A DNA stretch of 34,902 nucleotides, taken from the IMG/VR virus record IMGVR_UViG_3300021956_000005; one strand, given 5' to 3'. The translations under genes and the position numbers were made by a program. Position 1 is the stretch's first letter, and every line of letters starts with the position of its first letter. The DNA comes from a virus. Below the pieces are notes generated by a model that did no database searches, was not told where the DNA came from, and saw nothing but the letters and a program-made list of their open reading frames with translations. Of this stretch, positions 22,778 to 31,752 are shown piece by piece.

Positions 22778-24729
22778 TAGCTGGTAACCACGTCAGTGGC
22801 TGCCGCAAAGCTCGCCGCGTGACGAACGGCAACGTCTACATCCTGCAGCGCCACGATGCGGAGCGTTCCAGAAGTTGAGTTGCTGTAAGGATCAACGGTG
22901 AGATCCAGGCCACCCCACATGCCGATCAGAAGATCTGCGAAGTTGCCGAAGATGATGGCGGAGAGCGCGGTACCAGATCCCTTGGTGAGATCTGAAGGAA
23001 CGGCATTGGTGACGGCTGCGTTATAGCCATTGACCATGCTGTCCATGCCCCACACAGGCTGTTCGCCATAAGTGGCATTGGTGAACGTGCCCTTGAGCTT
23101 GCCGCGAACCTTGGCGTTGGTGAGGTAAGCCAGGGTGCCGACATCGGCATTGGCTGCAGCCACCAGGCTTTCAAGATTAACGATCTGGGCCCAGGTCGGT
23201 GCCGTACCATCAGCGCCTGCGCTGGAAGCATTACCGATACCAGAGGTGTTCAGGATGCCGCGCGGGGTCGGTGCCGTACCGCTGCCATTGATGGCGGCCT
23301 GCTGAATCGCGAGACCCAGAACGGTCGCCAGATCCTGACGGACCATCGCTTCGATATCGAGTGAAGACTGAAGCAGGAGCTTACGGCTGATATCCGTGAA
23401 CGCGCCGACCGTCTTCGGGCTCATGGTGACCTGGTCAAAGGTCTGCTGGCTTTCAGTCGGTGCACTGGACTCTGAAACCCAGTAGGCCGTTGAAGCGCCA
23501 GAAAGGCGCGGAATGGCAATGTTGCCCACCAGGCCAGTCAGCATGCGAGCGCCCAAGCTCGGCAACACCATGGCATTGCGCAGAAGCTCGATAAAGTCCT
23601 GAGCCAGGAGGTCCGTCGCTACGGTGTAGCCACCGGCCGAGTTGGTACCAACGGTCAGATCACGCTTGCCGCCCAAGACGTCAAACGGGACCAGGGCGCC
23701 GCGCGGTGCACGGACAGCGATATCGGCCGCTGCGCGAGCGCAGTCTAATTCGAAAGCGGCTGCTTCCTGAGCGCGAAGGTCTTTCGGATGCGCCAGAGCA
23801 TTCAGAAGACGGACCAGGCTGTATTTGCGAATTTCCTGAGTCGACATGCCGATGGTGGCCGGCGCATCGCCCATGGCGCGCTTGGACATATCGGGCATGC
23901 GTTCCAGAAGGGCATCCTTCATGTCATCAACGCTGCGACCCGCGCTGATCATTTCAAGAGCTAGATCGCGACCACCAAGGTGGGCGGCTTTCTCGCCAAG
24001 GGTACGGATTTCCGCAATGCGCGATTTCTCGGCCTCACGGACGCCATTTTCAATTGCCTGCACATCTACAGGCTGGGGGGTTTTCTCTGTCATAGTTCCT
24101 CCTGTAGGGATGCAGACAGTGGTGGTTGAAGTCACAGTGATACAGTCCTCCCCCTCGGATTCCGTTTCGCTTTCGCCATTCGGATCCATGGGATCGGTAG
24201 AAGTCAGGGCGTCATCTCGCTTGGGTTCACACGCTTTATTTGAGCGACCCACGCCGGCCTGAATATCGGCCGGGCAGCTGACAAGGGAAATCTCATAGGG
24301 AGTCCATGAGGTAATCCGATAGGTTTCGATGTCATCCATCATCCCGACCAGGACAGCCGCGTTAACCATGTAGCCAACGCTGACGTTTTTCCGGATGCCA
24401 TCGACCACATCCTGGAAAATCTCTTGGCCTCGGGCGGATTGCGAAAACCGGACGACAGCCCGGCAGACGCGATCGGGATCGATGCGGACCGACTCAATGA
24501 CGCCGACCTGGTCACAGGGATCGTGATCCATCAGCAATGGCCCTGAGGCAATCAGGCGCGAAAGATCGACGCTGGCAACAGTGCAATCAAGAATCTCGTA
24601 GCCATACCAACGCTCATAAGGCGCTTCGGTAGCAAAAGCCAGTTCGACGGTGCGCTTTTCCAGATCGATAGCGCGGGTTTCAAAGGCAGCTGCGCGAGCT
24701 GCCTTCTCGTTAAGCTTGGGTTGAGCCAT
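22777..24729 (-). CDS. Fusion of HK97-family prohead protease (N-terminal) with HK97-fold major capsid protein (C-terminal)
   Basis: The N-terminal region (PLLMDHD ... VGVIESV ... VSVGY ... YEISLVSCPAD) resembles prohead protease S78/U35. An acidic/helical linker follows. The C-terminal region (SAGGYTVATDLLAQDFIELLRNAMVLPSLGARMLTGLVGNIAIPR ...) is typical of HK97 MCP. It is a single uninterrupted 650-codon frame. Confidence 0.8.
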   Translation of the reverse strand: MAQPKLNEKAARAAAFETRAIDLEKRTVELAFATEAPYERWYGYEILDCTVASVDLSRLIASGPLLMDHDPCDQVGVIESVRIDPDRVCRAVVRFSQSARGQEIFQDVVDGIRKNVSVGYMVNAAVLVGMMDDIETYRITSWTPYEISLVSCPADIQAGVGRSNKACEPKRDDALTSTDPMDPNGESETESEGEDCITVTSTTTVCIPTGGTMTEKTPQPVDVQAIENGVREAEKSRIAEIRTLGEKAAHLGGRDLALEMISAGRSVDDMKDALLERMPDMSKRAMGDAPATIGMSTQEIRKYSLVRLLNALAHPKDLRAQEAAAFELDCARAAADIAVRAPRGALVPFDVLGGKRDLTVGTNSAGGYTVATDLLAQDFIELLRNAMVLPSLGARMLTGLVGNIAIPRLSGASTAYWVSESSAPTESQQTFDQVTMSPKTVGAFTDISRKLLLQSSLDIEAMVRQDLATVLGLAIQQAAINGSGTAPTPRGILNTSGIGNASSAGADGTAPTWAQIVNLESLVAAANADVGTLAYLTNAKVRGKLKGTFTNATYGEQPVWGMDSMVNGYNAAVTNAVPSDLTKGSGTALSAIIFGNFADLLIGMWGGLDLTVDPYSNSTSGTLRIVALQDVDVAVRHAASFAAATDVVTS

Positions 24730-26305
24730 TGTCAGCTCCAGGTGGTTTGGGTGAAGTGGGAACGGTTTGGCCGTAGGTCAGGCCAAGGCCTGCTGTTGCA
24801 GCCATTTGATTGAATCTCGCAATGTCCGCCAGGACGGATTCAACATCGACTCCCAGATCGGCCGCGGCCTGCTGAGGTGATTTAAATCCGGCATTAACGG
24901 CCATGATGGTGGCCTCGATGTCCCGCAAGGGATCAACCCAAGGCCAGCGACGGCCACGCCAGGTGTGCAGGCGGAAGCGCGAAAAAAGTTCTTCGCGATT
25001 TAACTTTGGAAGATTTGGAATGGCGCTGACAGCCAGAGAACGATCCAACCAGCGTAGATAAATCGGTTCCAGGATTGAACTGATCATCCAGTCCTGACGC
25101 GTCATCCAGTGCTCGCGCTCTTCAATCGTTCCCGAGCGGATTGAAGAAAAGCTGACCTGATTCAGATCGCCGGTCAGCGCGTGATAGCTGACATTCAATC
25201 CGGCAGCAATCGAGCGCAAAATGGTGCTGGTAAATTCCCGGTAAAGCTGGTGGGGGTAATCCGGGTTGAAGCTCTGAAATTCATAGCCTGGGGGCAATGC
25301 TGAAAAATGCCCGGCCACCACCTCATCGAGCAGGGTGCCGACGTCATCCGTTTCATTAGCCAAGGGGCTGAGATTGCCATCAGGCGTCTTGAAGAAGCCC
25401 ATTTTGGCGGCGCCGACCCGAGAGGCGACCAAGGCTGAATCCTGGTACTCATCCAGCATATGAATGAGATCCATCACGGCCGTCATCCAGGGCGTTCCCC
25501 GATATTGCTCAGGGCGATCGCTGACATAGGCATGGATAAACTGTCGTGCCGCAAAAAATTCAGCGGCATGCGTGCCAGGATAGGTATTAGGCTCAGAGCC
25601 GGTAATGATCCAGTAGCCTTCCGGCCGATTGAAACGATCCAGCACAATTCCAAGCCGCGTCCTTGAGCCGTCTTTGCCATCGACATGGCGCAAGGTATCG
25701 ATGCGAGCGGGATCGACCATTTCAAGCGCAAAGCCATAGGGATTGGCTTTGCTGGTTGGGAGGTCATCATGGACCCGAATCAGGCATTCGCCATCACGCG
25801 CCGCGGTACGCGCAGAAATTCGCAAAATATCGATCAGGCTGTATCGGCCAGTAATATCGGCTGTGCCACGTTTAGCCCAATTCCAGAAACTGGCCTCGAT
25901 GCGCGCATTGTTATTCTGATCATCGGATCCAGACCGATTCAGACCCTGAACGGTGAGGTGAAATCCTTCAGGGCCGACCAGGTGCGTTTCGACCAGCTGC
26001 AGAAAGCGACGGGCAATTTCTGAATTTTGCTCCAGATCCCTGGCGCGGTTTCGGAGAATGTCGAGCGCGTATCGCAGCTCTTCATTGAGCGGGCGTGACG
26101 TGACTTGCCAATCTGAAAACAATCGATCAGTTTTGGCTGCATTGAATTTGCGCTTAGCGATCCGACGGCGATCGAGCACAATCGTTTTGCCATCGGAATT
26201 GCGCTGGGCAACGACAAGGCCGCGACGATTGAACAGTTTTTCTTTCAGTGTGGGTCCGCTCATTGGCCAGTTTATAGACTGGCCAAGAGCAGATTGGGAG
26301 GGCAA
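24710..26305 (-). CDS. Portal protein, lambda gpB family
   Basis: Size and position are upstream of protease/capsid. The call rests mainly on size, gene order and general resemblance to gpB; I did not align a diagnostic motif by hand. The start is uncertain (TTG 26305 or ATG 26263). Confidence 0.8.
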   Translation of the reverse strand: MPSQSALGQSINWPMSGPTLKEKLFNRRGLVVAQRNSDGKTIVLDRRRIAKRKFNAAKTDRLFSDWQVTSRPLNEELRYALDILRNRARDLEQNSEIARRFLQLVETHLVGPEGFHLTVQGLNRSGSDDQNNNARIEASFWNWAKRGTADITGRYSLIDILRISARTAARDGECLIRVHDDLPTSKANPYGFALEMVDPARIDTLRHVDGKDGSRTRLGIVLDRFNRPEGYWIITGSEPNTYPGTHAAEFFAARQFIHAYVSDRPEQYRGTPWMTAVMDLIHMLDEYQDSALVASRVGAAKMGFFKTPDGNLSPLANETDDVGTLLDEVVAGHFSALPPGYEFQSFNPDYPHQLYREFTSTILRSIAAGLNVSYHALTGDLNQVSFSSIRSGTIEEREHWMTRQDWMISSILEPIYLRWLDRSLAVSAIPNLPKLNREELFSRFRLHTWRGRRWPWVDPLRDIEATIMAVNAGFKSPQQAAADLGVDVESVLADIARFNQMAATAGLGLTYGQTVPTSPKPPGADNGSTQA

Positions 26306-26309
26306 AACG

Positions 26310-26348
26310 TGAGACTTTGTAGACCAGTCGATGAGACTTTTTAGACCA
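26310..26348. repeat. Two 17-bp direct repeats (16/17 identical), 22-bp period, just upstream of the portal gene
   Basis: TGAGACTTTGTAGACCA at 26310-26326 and TGAGACTTTTTAGACCA at 26332-26348. The second copy overlaps the stop codon of the DUF2513-like gene. Confidence 0.7.
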
Positions 26349-26706
26349 CCGTGCTAATCAATGACTGCAACAGAATCTTGGACAGATCTTTGATCAGGTC
26401 CAGGGAAAGAGAGATGCCCTGCTTTCGTGCAGAGAGCTTAATTTTGTTCCATACCGATTCATCCCTGATCGAGTCTAGAAACTCATGCCCTTCCCAGGTC
26501 AATCGATGCGCAAAACAAAATGCGGGGCCGATTGCCTCGCGACAGGACCCGACGATCAATCCTGACTCAATCAATATCCGCATGTGATAAGCGCATTCCT
26601 CATTATCAATAGCGGCAATCTCTCCACTGCCTAACTGACTGTCCAAAGTCGGAAGTGCTTCTATCGCCAAGAGTATCTTTCTGATCGTGTCCCAGTTTCT
26701 TTTCAT
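26341..26706 (-). CDS. DUF2513-like winged-helix protein
   Basis: MKRNWDTIRKILLAIE ... YHMRILIESGLI ... LTWEGHEFLDSIRDESVWNK matches my recollection of the DUF2513 pattern. Confidence 0.55.
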   Translation of the reverse strand: MKRNWDTIRKILLAIEALPTLDSQLGSGEIAAIDNEECAYHMRILIESGLIVGSCREAIGPAFCFAHRLTWEGHEFLDSIRDESVWNKIKLSARKQGISLSLDLIKDLSKILLQSLISTVV

Positions 26707-26987
26707 CGGGTGACCTTGAAAGTTCGATGATGGATCACTGAGGCCACGGCAGTTTTGCTGATACTGAAGCGGCCAGCGATAGCCCGATGAGAGTGGCCGG
26801 AATGTGCCATTCGTCGAATGGTGCTCACTTCCGATGTGGTCAGTCGACTCTGTGCTTTAGGCAACGAAACATCATGGTCTCTCATTGCTCGAAACAGCGT
26901 TGATCTTGAGATACCCAGCATTTCTGCCGCACGATTTCGGTTCCATCCTGCCAGCGAAAGTCCCTGAAGAAGTTTGGCCTTATCCAT
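26703..26987 (-). CDS. Double-HTH DNA-binding protein (Fis/HTH_8-like followed by resolvase/sigma-r4-like HTH)
   Basis: GWNRNRAAEMLGISRSTLFRAMRDH and GHSHRAIAGRFSISKTAVASVI. It lies inside the morphogenesis operon and is coupled on both sides. Confidence 0.6.
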   Translation of the reverse strand: MDKAKLLQGLSLAGWNRNRAAEMLGISRSTLFRAMRDHDVSLPKAQSRLTTSEVSTIRRMAHSGHSHRAIAGRFSISKTAVASVIHHRTFKVTR

Positions 26988-27547
26988 CAGCCAAATCGCA
27001 CTTGAAGGTTTCGTCCTGAGGCCTGCCCCTGACGGATTTTGTCAGCCTGATCTTCAGCAAGAACTTCGGCGCGATAGCGGTCCCGCAATTTGATCAGTTC
27101 GCCCTTTCCTTCTCGCTTGACCCGGCGCATATCGATCGCCGATTCAACAATGTCGATCTGGCTTCCAGTCGCCTGGTTTTCCAGGTAGGCATCAATGGCA
27201 TCCAGCATTTTCCGGGCATGGCTGCGACCATCAATTGGGCTGCCGCTTGCAAGGTTAGGAAGAACCTGAATAGGCCCTGTGGCCAGGGTATAACGCTCAG
27301 CGCCTTTCGTGACGGCCAGCGTATAGGTATAGTTTCCGGCGACCCAGGTATTCGTCGTCGATCCGGCGACCGTCAGATCAAAATCATTGCCAGAAGCCGA
27401 GGCGCTAGCTGTTTTTGCGGCCGATCCGTTGGCAATTGCAAAGGTCAACGACCAGCCTTCGGAAGCAGGATAACGATCATCACTGATCGTCGCTTTGAAG
27501 GTATCGCCTACCGTAAAGGAGGAAGGAAGATTGGCTTTAAGGGTCAT
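26987..27547 (-). CDS. Hypothetical protein: N-terminal beta-rich domain plus gpW-like (head-tail joining) C-terminal region
   Basis: The C-terminus ARKMLDAIDAYLENQATGSQIDIVESAIDMRRVKREGKGELIKLRDRYRAEV ... LQVRF parallels the lambda gpW layout. The N-terminal ~100 aa are Thr/Ala/Ser-rich. Confidence 0.4.
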   Translation of the reverse strand: MTLKANLPSSFTVGDTFKATISDDRYPASEGWSLTFAIANGSAAKTASASASGNDFDLTVAGSTTNTWVAGNYTYTLAVTKGAERYTLATGPIQVLPNLASGSPIDGRSHARKMLDAIDAYLENQATGSQIDIVESAIDMRRVKREGKGELIKLRDRYRAEVLAEDQADKIRQGQASGRNLQVRFG

Positions 27548-27555
27548 AGTATTTC

Positions 27556-28122
27556 CTATTTCGAAAGTTTATTTGCGAGCTGGCTGGCAAGTTCTTGCTG
27601 GTAATACTCAGAAGCACGCTCACGGACTTGAGCGGCTAAAATTGGGGCTTTAAGAAGGCTGACTTTTTGCTCAACAATCTGTTGAGCTATAGGTCTATAG
27701 CTGCCACGTTTTAGTTTTATTTTTTCTCCTTGTCGATTAAAAACACCTTTATGCCCGGATGGCATTTTTTGAAGGAAGCTCCCTTGAAAAAGATAGCTTC
27801 TGATTGATACGCCCCAATCCTCTTGTCTTGCTGTTCCATATCCACTCCCCTGTTTTGGCATTTGTGCAACGTAAGTCGCTTTTATTTGGTTGTATCCCAT
27901 CCAGACCAATCCATTAGTTCCAACTCTCCTGGATTTCACTCGATATTTCGCTAAAACATTTTTTGGAATATCAAATTCGTTAGCAGAAGCTGATTCAAGA
28001 TCTTTTTCAATCTTTTTCATTGTTCTTGTCATTGCTGACCGAATAGATTGCTTAACTATCTTTGGAGCATCTGAAAATTTGGCAGAGATTTCCTGATCTC
28101 CAGTAATCGTGATTTTGATCAT
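27556..28122 (-). CDS. Minor tail / tail completion protein Z (gpZ)-like
   Basis: GSFLQKMPSGHKGVFNRQG ... YRPI ... ELASQLANKL parallels lambda gpZ GAFIQQLKNGRWHVMQRVAG ... YPI ... ELGYALQHQL. It is visibly AT-richer than its flanks. ATGA overlap with terL. Confidence 0.45.
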   Translation of the reverse strand: MIKITITGDQEISAKFSDAPKIVKQSIRSAMTRTMKKIEKDLESASANEFDIPKNVLAKYRVKSRRVGTNGLVWMGYNQIKATYVAQMPKQGSGYGTARQEDWGVSIRSYLFQGSFLQKMPSGHKGVFNRQGEKIKLKRGSYRPIAQQIVEQKVSLLKAPILAAQVRERASEYYQQELASQLANKLSK

Positions 28123-29999
28123 CGGTGATTCCTTGCTTTTCTTCGTGACAGGGCATATCCCAAGGGGTTTTTAGAAGGGGCATCTAGAACGGGCGCCGTG
28201 GTGGTTTCTGTTTCGGTTGGTGGCTTGATCTGAAGTCGGCCTGAGAGCCTGGCCGCAACCAGGGCCAAAAGACTGCAGTCCAGGGCTTCATTTCGAGCCC
28301 GCTTGCGCTTCCAGACTTGATGAGGTTTTCCTGCTCGGATTTCCGTCACCAACTTTTCAGCCCCGAGCTGCGCAAAGTATTCATCATCAAACGCTGTGGT
28401 TTCTGGAAAATGAATGTATCCAGGGCCAGGTATCGCCATCTTCAGTCGACTGTAGATGATGGCTTTGCCCTGGTCGACCCCGATCGGCTCAGAAATAAAT
28501 CCTTTGCGATTGCGCTTTCGAAGACGCTGTTTTCTTTTCTGTTCGTCTTCAATCAGAGGTCGGCCAGCGCCTTCGATCCCTTTGGTCGGGATGCACCAAA
28601 GCCGTGATTTGCAGAATTCATGCACAAAGCTGGTGTTGTAGCCCGCATCGATGCAGCCAAACTGAACTTTCCGTTCCCTGAGCTCATCATCAAAATCGTT
28701 CCAGACGTCGATTGAGGCGGTATCACCATCGACAATGACATGATCCAGAAACCAGGCTTCCTCATCCGATTGAAAAGCTGCAACCGTGAATTCGATGCGA
28801 TCTTTTTGGACGTCGGCTCCAAAAACAATCAGGGACGCTGAGGCAGGGATGGTTTCTTCGCAATACTGCTCGCGCCGCATAAGGAGCGAGACATTCTCAA
28901 GATCTTCGCCCTGCTCTTCCCAGCTTTCCCCGAGAGTCGTATTGATGAATCGTTTGAGATTAGTGGTATCTCGATGTGCCGATTTCCATTGCGCCCACAA
29001 TTCCTGCCAGCTGAATCCGAGGCCAATCGGTGAATAAAGACCGGACAAGCGATAACCCCTGATTGGGCGGTCAGGGAATCGTGGAACCCAACGACCTTGA
29101 TCGAGCATGGTGCTCTTATGGTGCTCATCAATCATGGATCCACAATGCTCGCAGGCATACCAAACCCGTCCCGTCGATTCGGAATACACCAAACCAAAGC
29201 TTCCATCCTTGCGTTTCCATTTGAGCATTTGGAATTCACCGCACTCAGGACAGGGAACGTGATATTCCCGCATGTCGGAACTTTCATATTCCATCTCAAT
29301 GCGGCTCATGCCCTTGATGGTCGGCGTACTGACCAAAAGCACTTTCCTTCGCGGATAGGTTTTGGTGCGCTCATCAATCAGGCCCAAAGGGTCCCCTTCT
29401 CCACCAACATCCCACGGAAAACGGTCCACCTCATCACAGAGCACATACTTGATTGGCATCGAGGCGAGGGAGGCAGGCGAGTTAGCGCCACCGATCACCA
29501 AGATTCCCCCCGGAAAATCCTTCATGTCCTCTGCATTGGATGAATCGCGGGACCTCTTGCCGTCAAATGACTTTCTGAGTACCGGAGTTTCTGTCAGTAA
29601 TGGATCCAGGCGCTGCTTAACCCATCGTTTCCTGACTTCAAGGGTGGGAACCACCGTCAGCATCGGGCCCGGCGCCTGGTCCATGACGTATCCGATCCAG
29701 TTCAAGCCGACTTCGGTTTTCCCGAGCTGCGCGGCAAACATCATCACAATGCGCTGGACGGAAGACCGGACCGAGAGAGAATCCATGATTTCCCGGAGGT
29801 AAGGCGTCCGATCGGTTCGCCACTTTCCGGCTTCGCCTGACGCTTTTCCCGACAGCACTCGAAACTGATCAGACCATTGGCTGACGGTTTGAGGTGGTTT
29901 GGGTTTGCATGAGGCCGACAAAACCCGATACAGGTGAAGACGACCATTGGGAATGGCAATGATCGAACGTCTGGGGCGATTTGACTTGATGGATTCCAT
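28119..29999 (-). CDS. terL: Terminase large subunit (lambda gpA family)
   Basis: VSQWSDQFRVLS ... RTPYLREIMD ... GGANSPASLASMPIKYVLCDEVDRFP (Walker B-like) ... VPCPECGEFQMLKW ... (zinc ribbon) are typical of gpA-type terminases. Confidence 0.9.
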   Translation of the reverse strand: MESIKSNRPRRSIIAIPNGRLHLYRVLSASCKPKPPQTVSQWSDQFRVLSGKASGEAGKWRTDRTPYLREIMDSLSVRSSVQRIVMMFAAQLGKTEVGLNWIGYVMDQAPGPMLTVVPTLEVRKRWVKQRLDPLLTETPVLRKSFDGKRSRDSSNAEDMKDFPGGILVIGGANSPASLASMPIKYVLCDEVDRFPWDVGGEGDPLGLIDERTKTYPRRKVLLVSTPTIKGMSRIEMEYESSDMREYHVPCPECGEFQMLKWKRKDGSFGLVYSESTGRVWYACEHCGSMIDEHHKSTMLDQGRWVPRFPDRPIRGYRLSGLYSPIGLGFSWQELWAQWKSAHRDTTNLKRFINTTLGESWEEQGEDLENVSLLMRREQYCEETIPASASLIVFGADVQKDRIEFTVAAFQSDEEAWFLDHVIVDGDTASIDVWNDFDDELRERKVQFGCIDAGYNTSFVHEFCKSRLWCIPTKGIEGAGRPLIEDEQKRKQRLRKRNRKGFISEPIGVDQGKAIIYSRLKMAIPGPGYIHFPETTAFDDEYFAQLGAEKLVTEIRAGKPHQVWKRKRARNEALDCSLLALVAARLSGRLQIKPPTETETTTAPVLDAPSKNPLGYALSRRKARNHR

Positions 30000-30012
30000 G
30001 GCGGATCAGTGC

Positions 30013-30294
30013 TCAATACGGAATGTCATCATTGGGAGCGCCATCATCATTGGGTGGCAACGATGTCTGCCCATCCGCTGATTTAGATCTTGGCCGGTAT
30101 AAATTTCCAATGATCGAATCCCGATTGGGGTCTCGATTTAAACCAGCCGGATTAAAGGTTGCCTTGAGGGTAAAGAATTTCCCTTTTTCACCCTGAAAGA
30201 TAGCGCCGATTGCTTCGTAGTTATTCTTCATTTCGCCGGCAGCAGTTCGATACTGTCCGGTGACCACGACCAGGTCATAAAGTTTTTCAGCCAT
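30013..30294 (-). CDS. Hypothetical small protein ending in an SSB-tip-like acidic motif (NDDIPY)
   Basis: The ATG at 30294 lies 6 nt after GGAGG. After a beta-rich N-terminal ~55 aa comes a disordered tail ending PPNDDGAPNDDIPY, compared with the DDDIPF tip of bacterial SSB. Confidence 0.5.
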   Translation of the reverse strand: MAEKLYDLVVVTGQYRTAAGEMKNNYEAIGAIFQGEKGKFFTLKATFNPAGLNRDPNRDSIIGNLYRPRSKSADGQTSLPPNDDGAPNDDIPY

Positions 30295-30538
30295 TCTTGT
30301 CCTCCAGGACGCTGCGCATGGTTTCCATCTCCTCCTGAGGCGAGGTCCGATCCAGTTTGAGACGATTGGCAATGGAGGCATCAAACCCGGCAGCGACCAG
30401 AACCGAGCGAAATGAGGCTAACCAGTGACCCAAGGAGCCATCGCCCTCGGTCGCCAATTGGACAGGCGTCTGGGTTTTGAAGCCTGGAATGGAGGTTTCG
30501 CAAGAAATCTCAATCAAATGCGTATTGTTTTTGCTCAT
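30287..30538 (-). CDS. Hypothetical protein (83 aa)
   Basis: Internal ATG (30538) of track ORF 30287..30772, chosen because upstream codons overlap dut in another frame. Confidence 0.4.
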   Translation of the reverse strand: MSKNNTHLIEISCETSIPGFKTQTPVQLATEGDGSLGHWLASFRSVLVAAGFDASIANRLKLDRTSPQEEMETMRSVLEDKNG

Positions 30539-30545
30539 GACCGTC

Positions 30546-30995
30546 TCAGATTCCGCTGGAGCCAAACCCGTTTTCACCGCGGACGGATCGCTCCAGGGAG
30601 TCGACCGGATCAAAGAGAGCCTGAAGTACGGGAACCAAGACCGCTTGGGCAATGCGTGCCCCGGGCTCGATCGTAAAGGGCTTGTGATCGTCAGTATTTT
30701 GCAAAATGACCTTGATCTCTCCACGGTAACCGGGGTCAATCGTGCCAGGCGCATTGGCGACCACAATTCCATGATTCAGGCTCAGGCCTGATCGAGACCG
30801 GATCTGAAGCTCATAGCCTTCAGGAATGGCTACGCTTAATCCGGTCGGAATCGCTTTTCGCTGGCCAGGCCACAGTGAAATACTCATGGGAATGCTGGCT
30901 TTAAGATCAGCGCCGGCATCATGAGGGTGCGCATATTCAGGCAGCAGGCTGTGATCAGTGACTTGGCAAGGAATTCTCAAGGTCTCATCGGTCAT
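30546..30995 (-). CDS. dut: dUTP diphosphatase (trimeric dUTPase)
   Basis: AGADL, IPTGL, RSGL, GTIDPGYRGEI and the C-terminal GFGSSG motifs are all present. Confidence 0.95.
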   Translation of the reverse strand: MTDETLRIPCQVTDHSLLPEYAHPHDAGADLKASIPMSISLWPGQRKAIPTGLSVAIPEGYELQIRSRSGLSLNHGIVVANAPGTIDPGYRGEIKVILQNTDDHKPFTIEPGARIAQAVLVPVLQALFDPVDSLERSVRGENGFGSSGI

Positions 30996-31009
30996 TGTTG
31001 TCTCCAGGG

Positions 31010-31570
31010 TTAAATCGTTTCTGCCTTGCGGCGAAGGTGTTCGCTGATATCGGCCAAGAGGTCATGCGCCGCATCATCCAGTTCTTTGTGTATGGCGGTT
31101 ACGTCACCCCGGTGGGAGGCGCAGGCCGGTGCGTAGCGGTCCGCTAAGGTGGCCAGCTTTTCTGCAAAGGTTTTGCCAATATCAGCCAGGACAAAATCAA
31201 TCTCTGATCGCTCGACCAGAAGACCCGCGGCCTTATCCAATTCGATGTTGGCCATTTCTGCCTTAGCTTCGCGCTCTTTCATCGTCGCCATCTTGAGTCG
31301 AAGGCCAATCCGCTCCACCGGGGTCATGGGCTCCTGAGGCATCTCAGGTGCTTCTCTAGCTTCAGCCTTGGCATCATCAATCTGCGCCTTGGCGGCTTGA
31401 TGATGCGGCGCTGGGCTTTCCGTCATTTCCCTTTGTCGTAAGCCTTCATCAACATCCAGCAACCCATCCCCCCCGAGCTTGAGCCTGCCGGCCTTGATCC
31501 AGCGGGAGACGGTGGATTTATTGACGTTGGCAATCTTGGCAAATTCCGTCTGAGTAACGCGCTTACCCAT
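31010..31570 (-). CDS. terS: Terminase small subunit (Nu1-like, N-terminal winged HTH)
   Basis: The ATG at 31570 lies 6 nt after GAGG. TQTEFAKIANVNKSTVSRWIKAGRL is the HTH. The central region ERIGLRLKMATMKEREAKAEMANIELDKAAGLLVERSEIDFVLADIGKTF parallels lambda Nu1. Confidence 0.7.
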   Translation of the reverse strand: MGKRVTQTEFAKIANVNKSTVSRWIKAGRLKLGGDGLLDVDEGLRQREMTESPAPHHQAAKAQIDDAKAEAREAPEMPQEPMTPVERIGLRLKMATMKEREAKAEMANIELDKAAGLLVERSEIDFVLADIGKTFAEKLATLADRYAPACASHRGDVTAIHKELDDAAHDLLADISEHLRRKAETI

Positions 31571-31582
31571 GATTAACCTCAA

Positions 31583-31672
31583 AACCACGCCAAGAAGTGG
31601 AAAAACCACGCCATAAACCACGGCAAAAATCTTCTAACTCTTTGAAACCACTTAAACCACGGCAACCACGGC
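31583..31672 (+). repeat. Iteron array, left arm: AACCACGSC x5 plus one degenerate copy
   Basis: Copies at 31583, 31604, 31616, (31646 degenerate: AACCACTTA), 31655 and 31664. Confidence 0.85.
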
Positions 31673-31752
31673 AGTCACACATGTGCGCGCGAGGCGCACG
31701 CGTTCCATTGATATTCGGTGTATTTTTTTCTGTGCGCGTATGCGCGCGGGTT

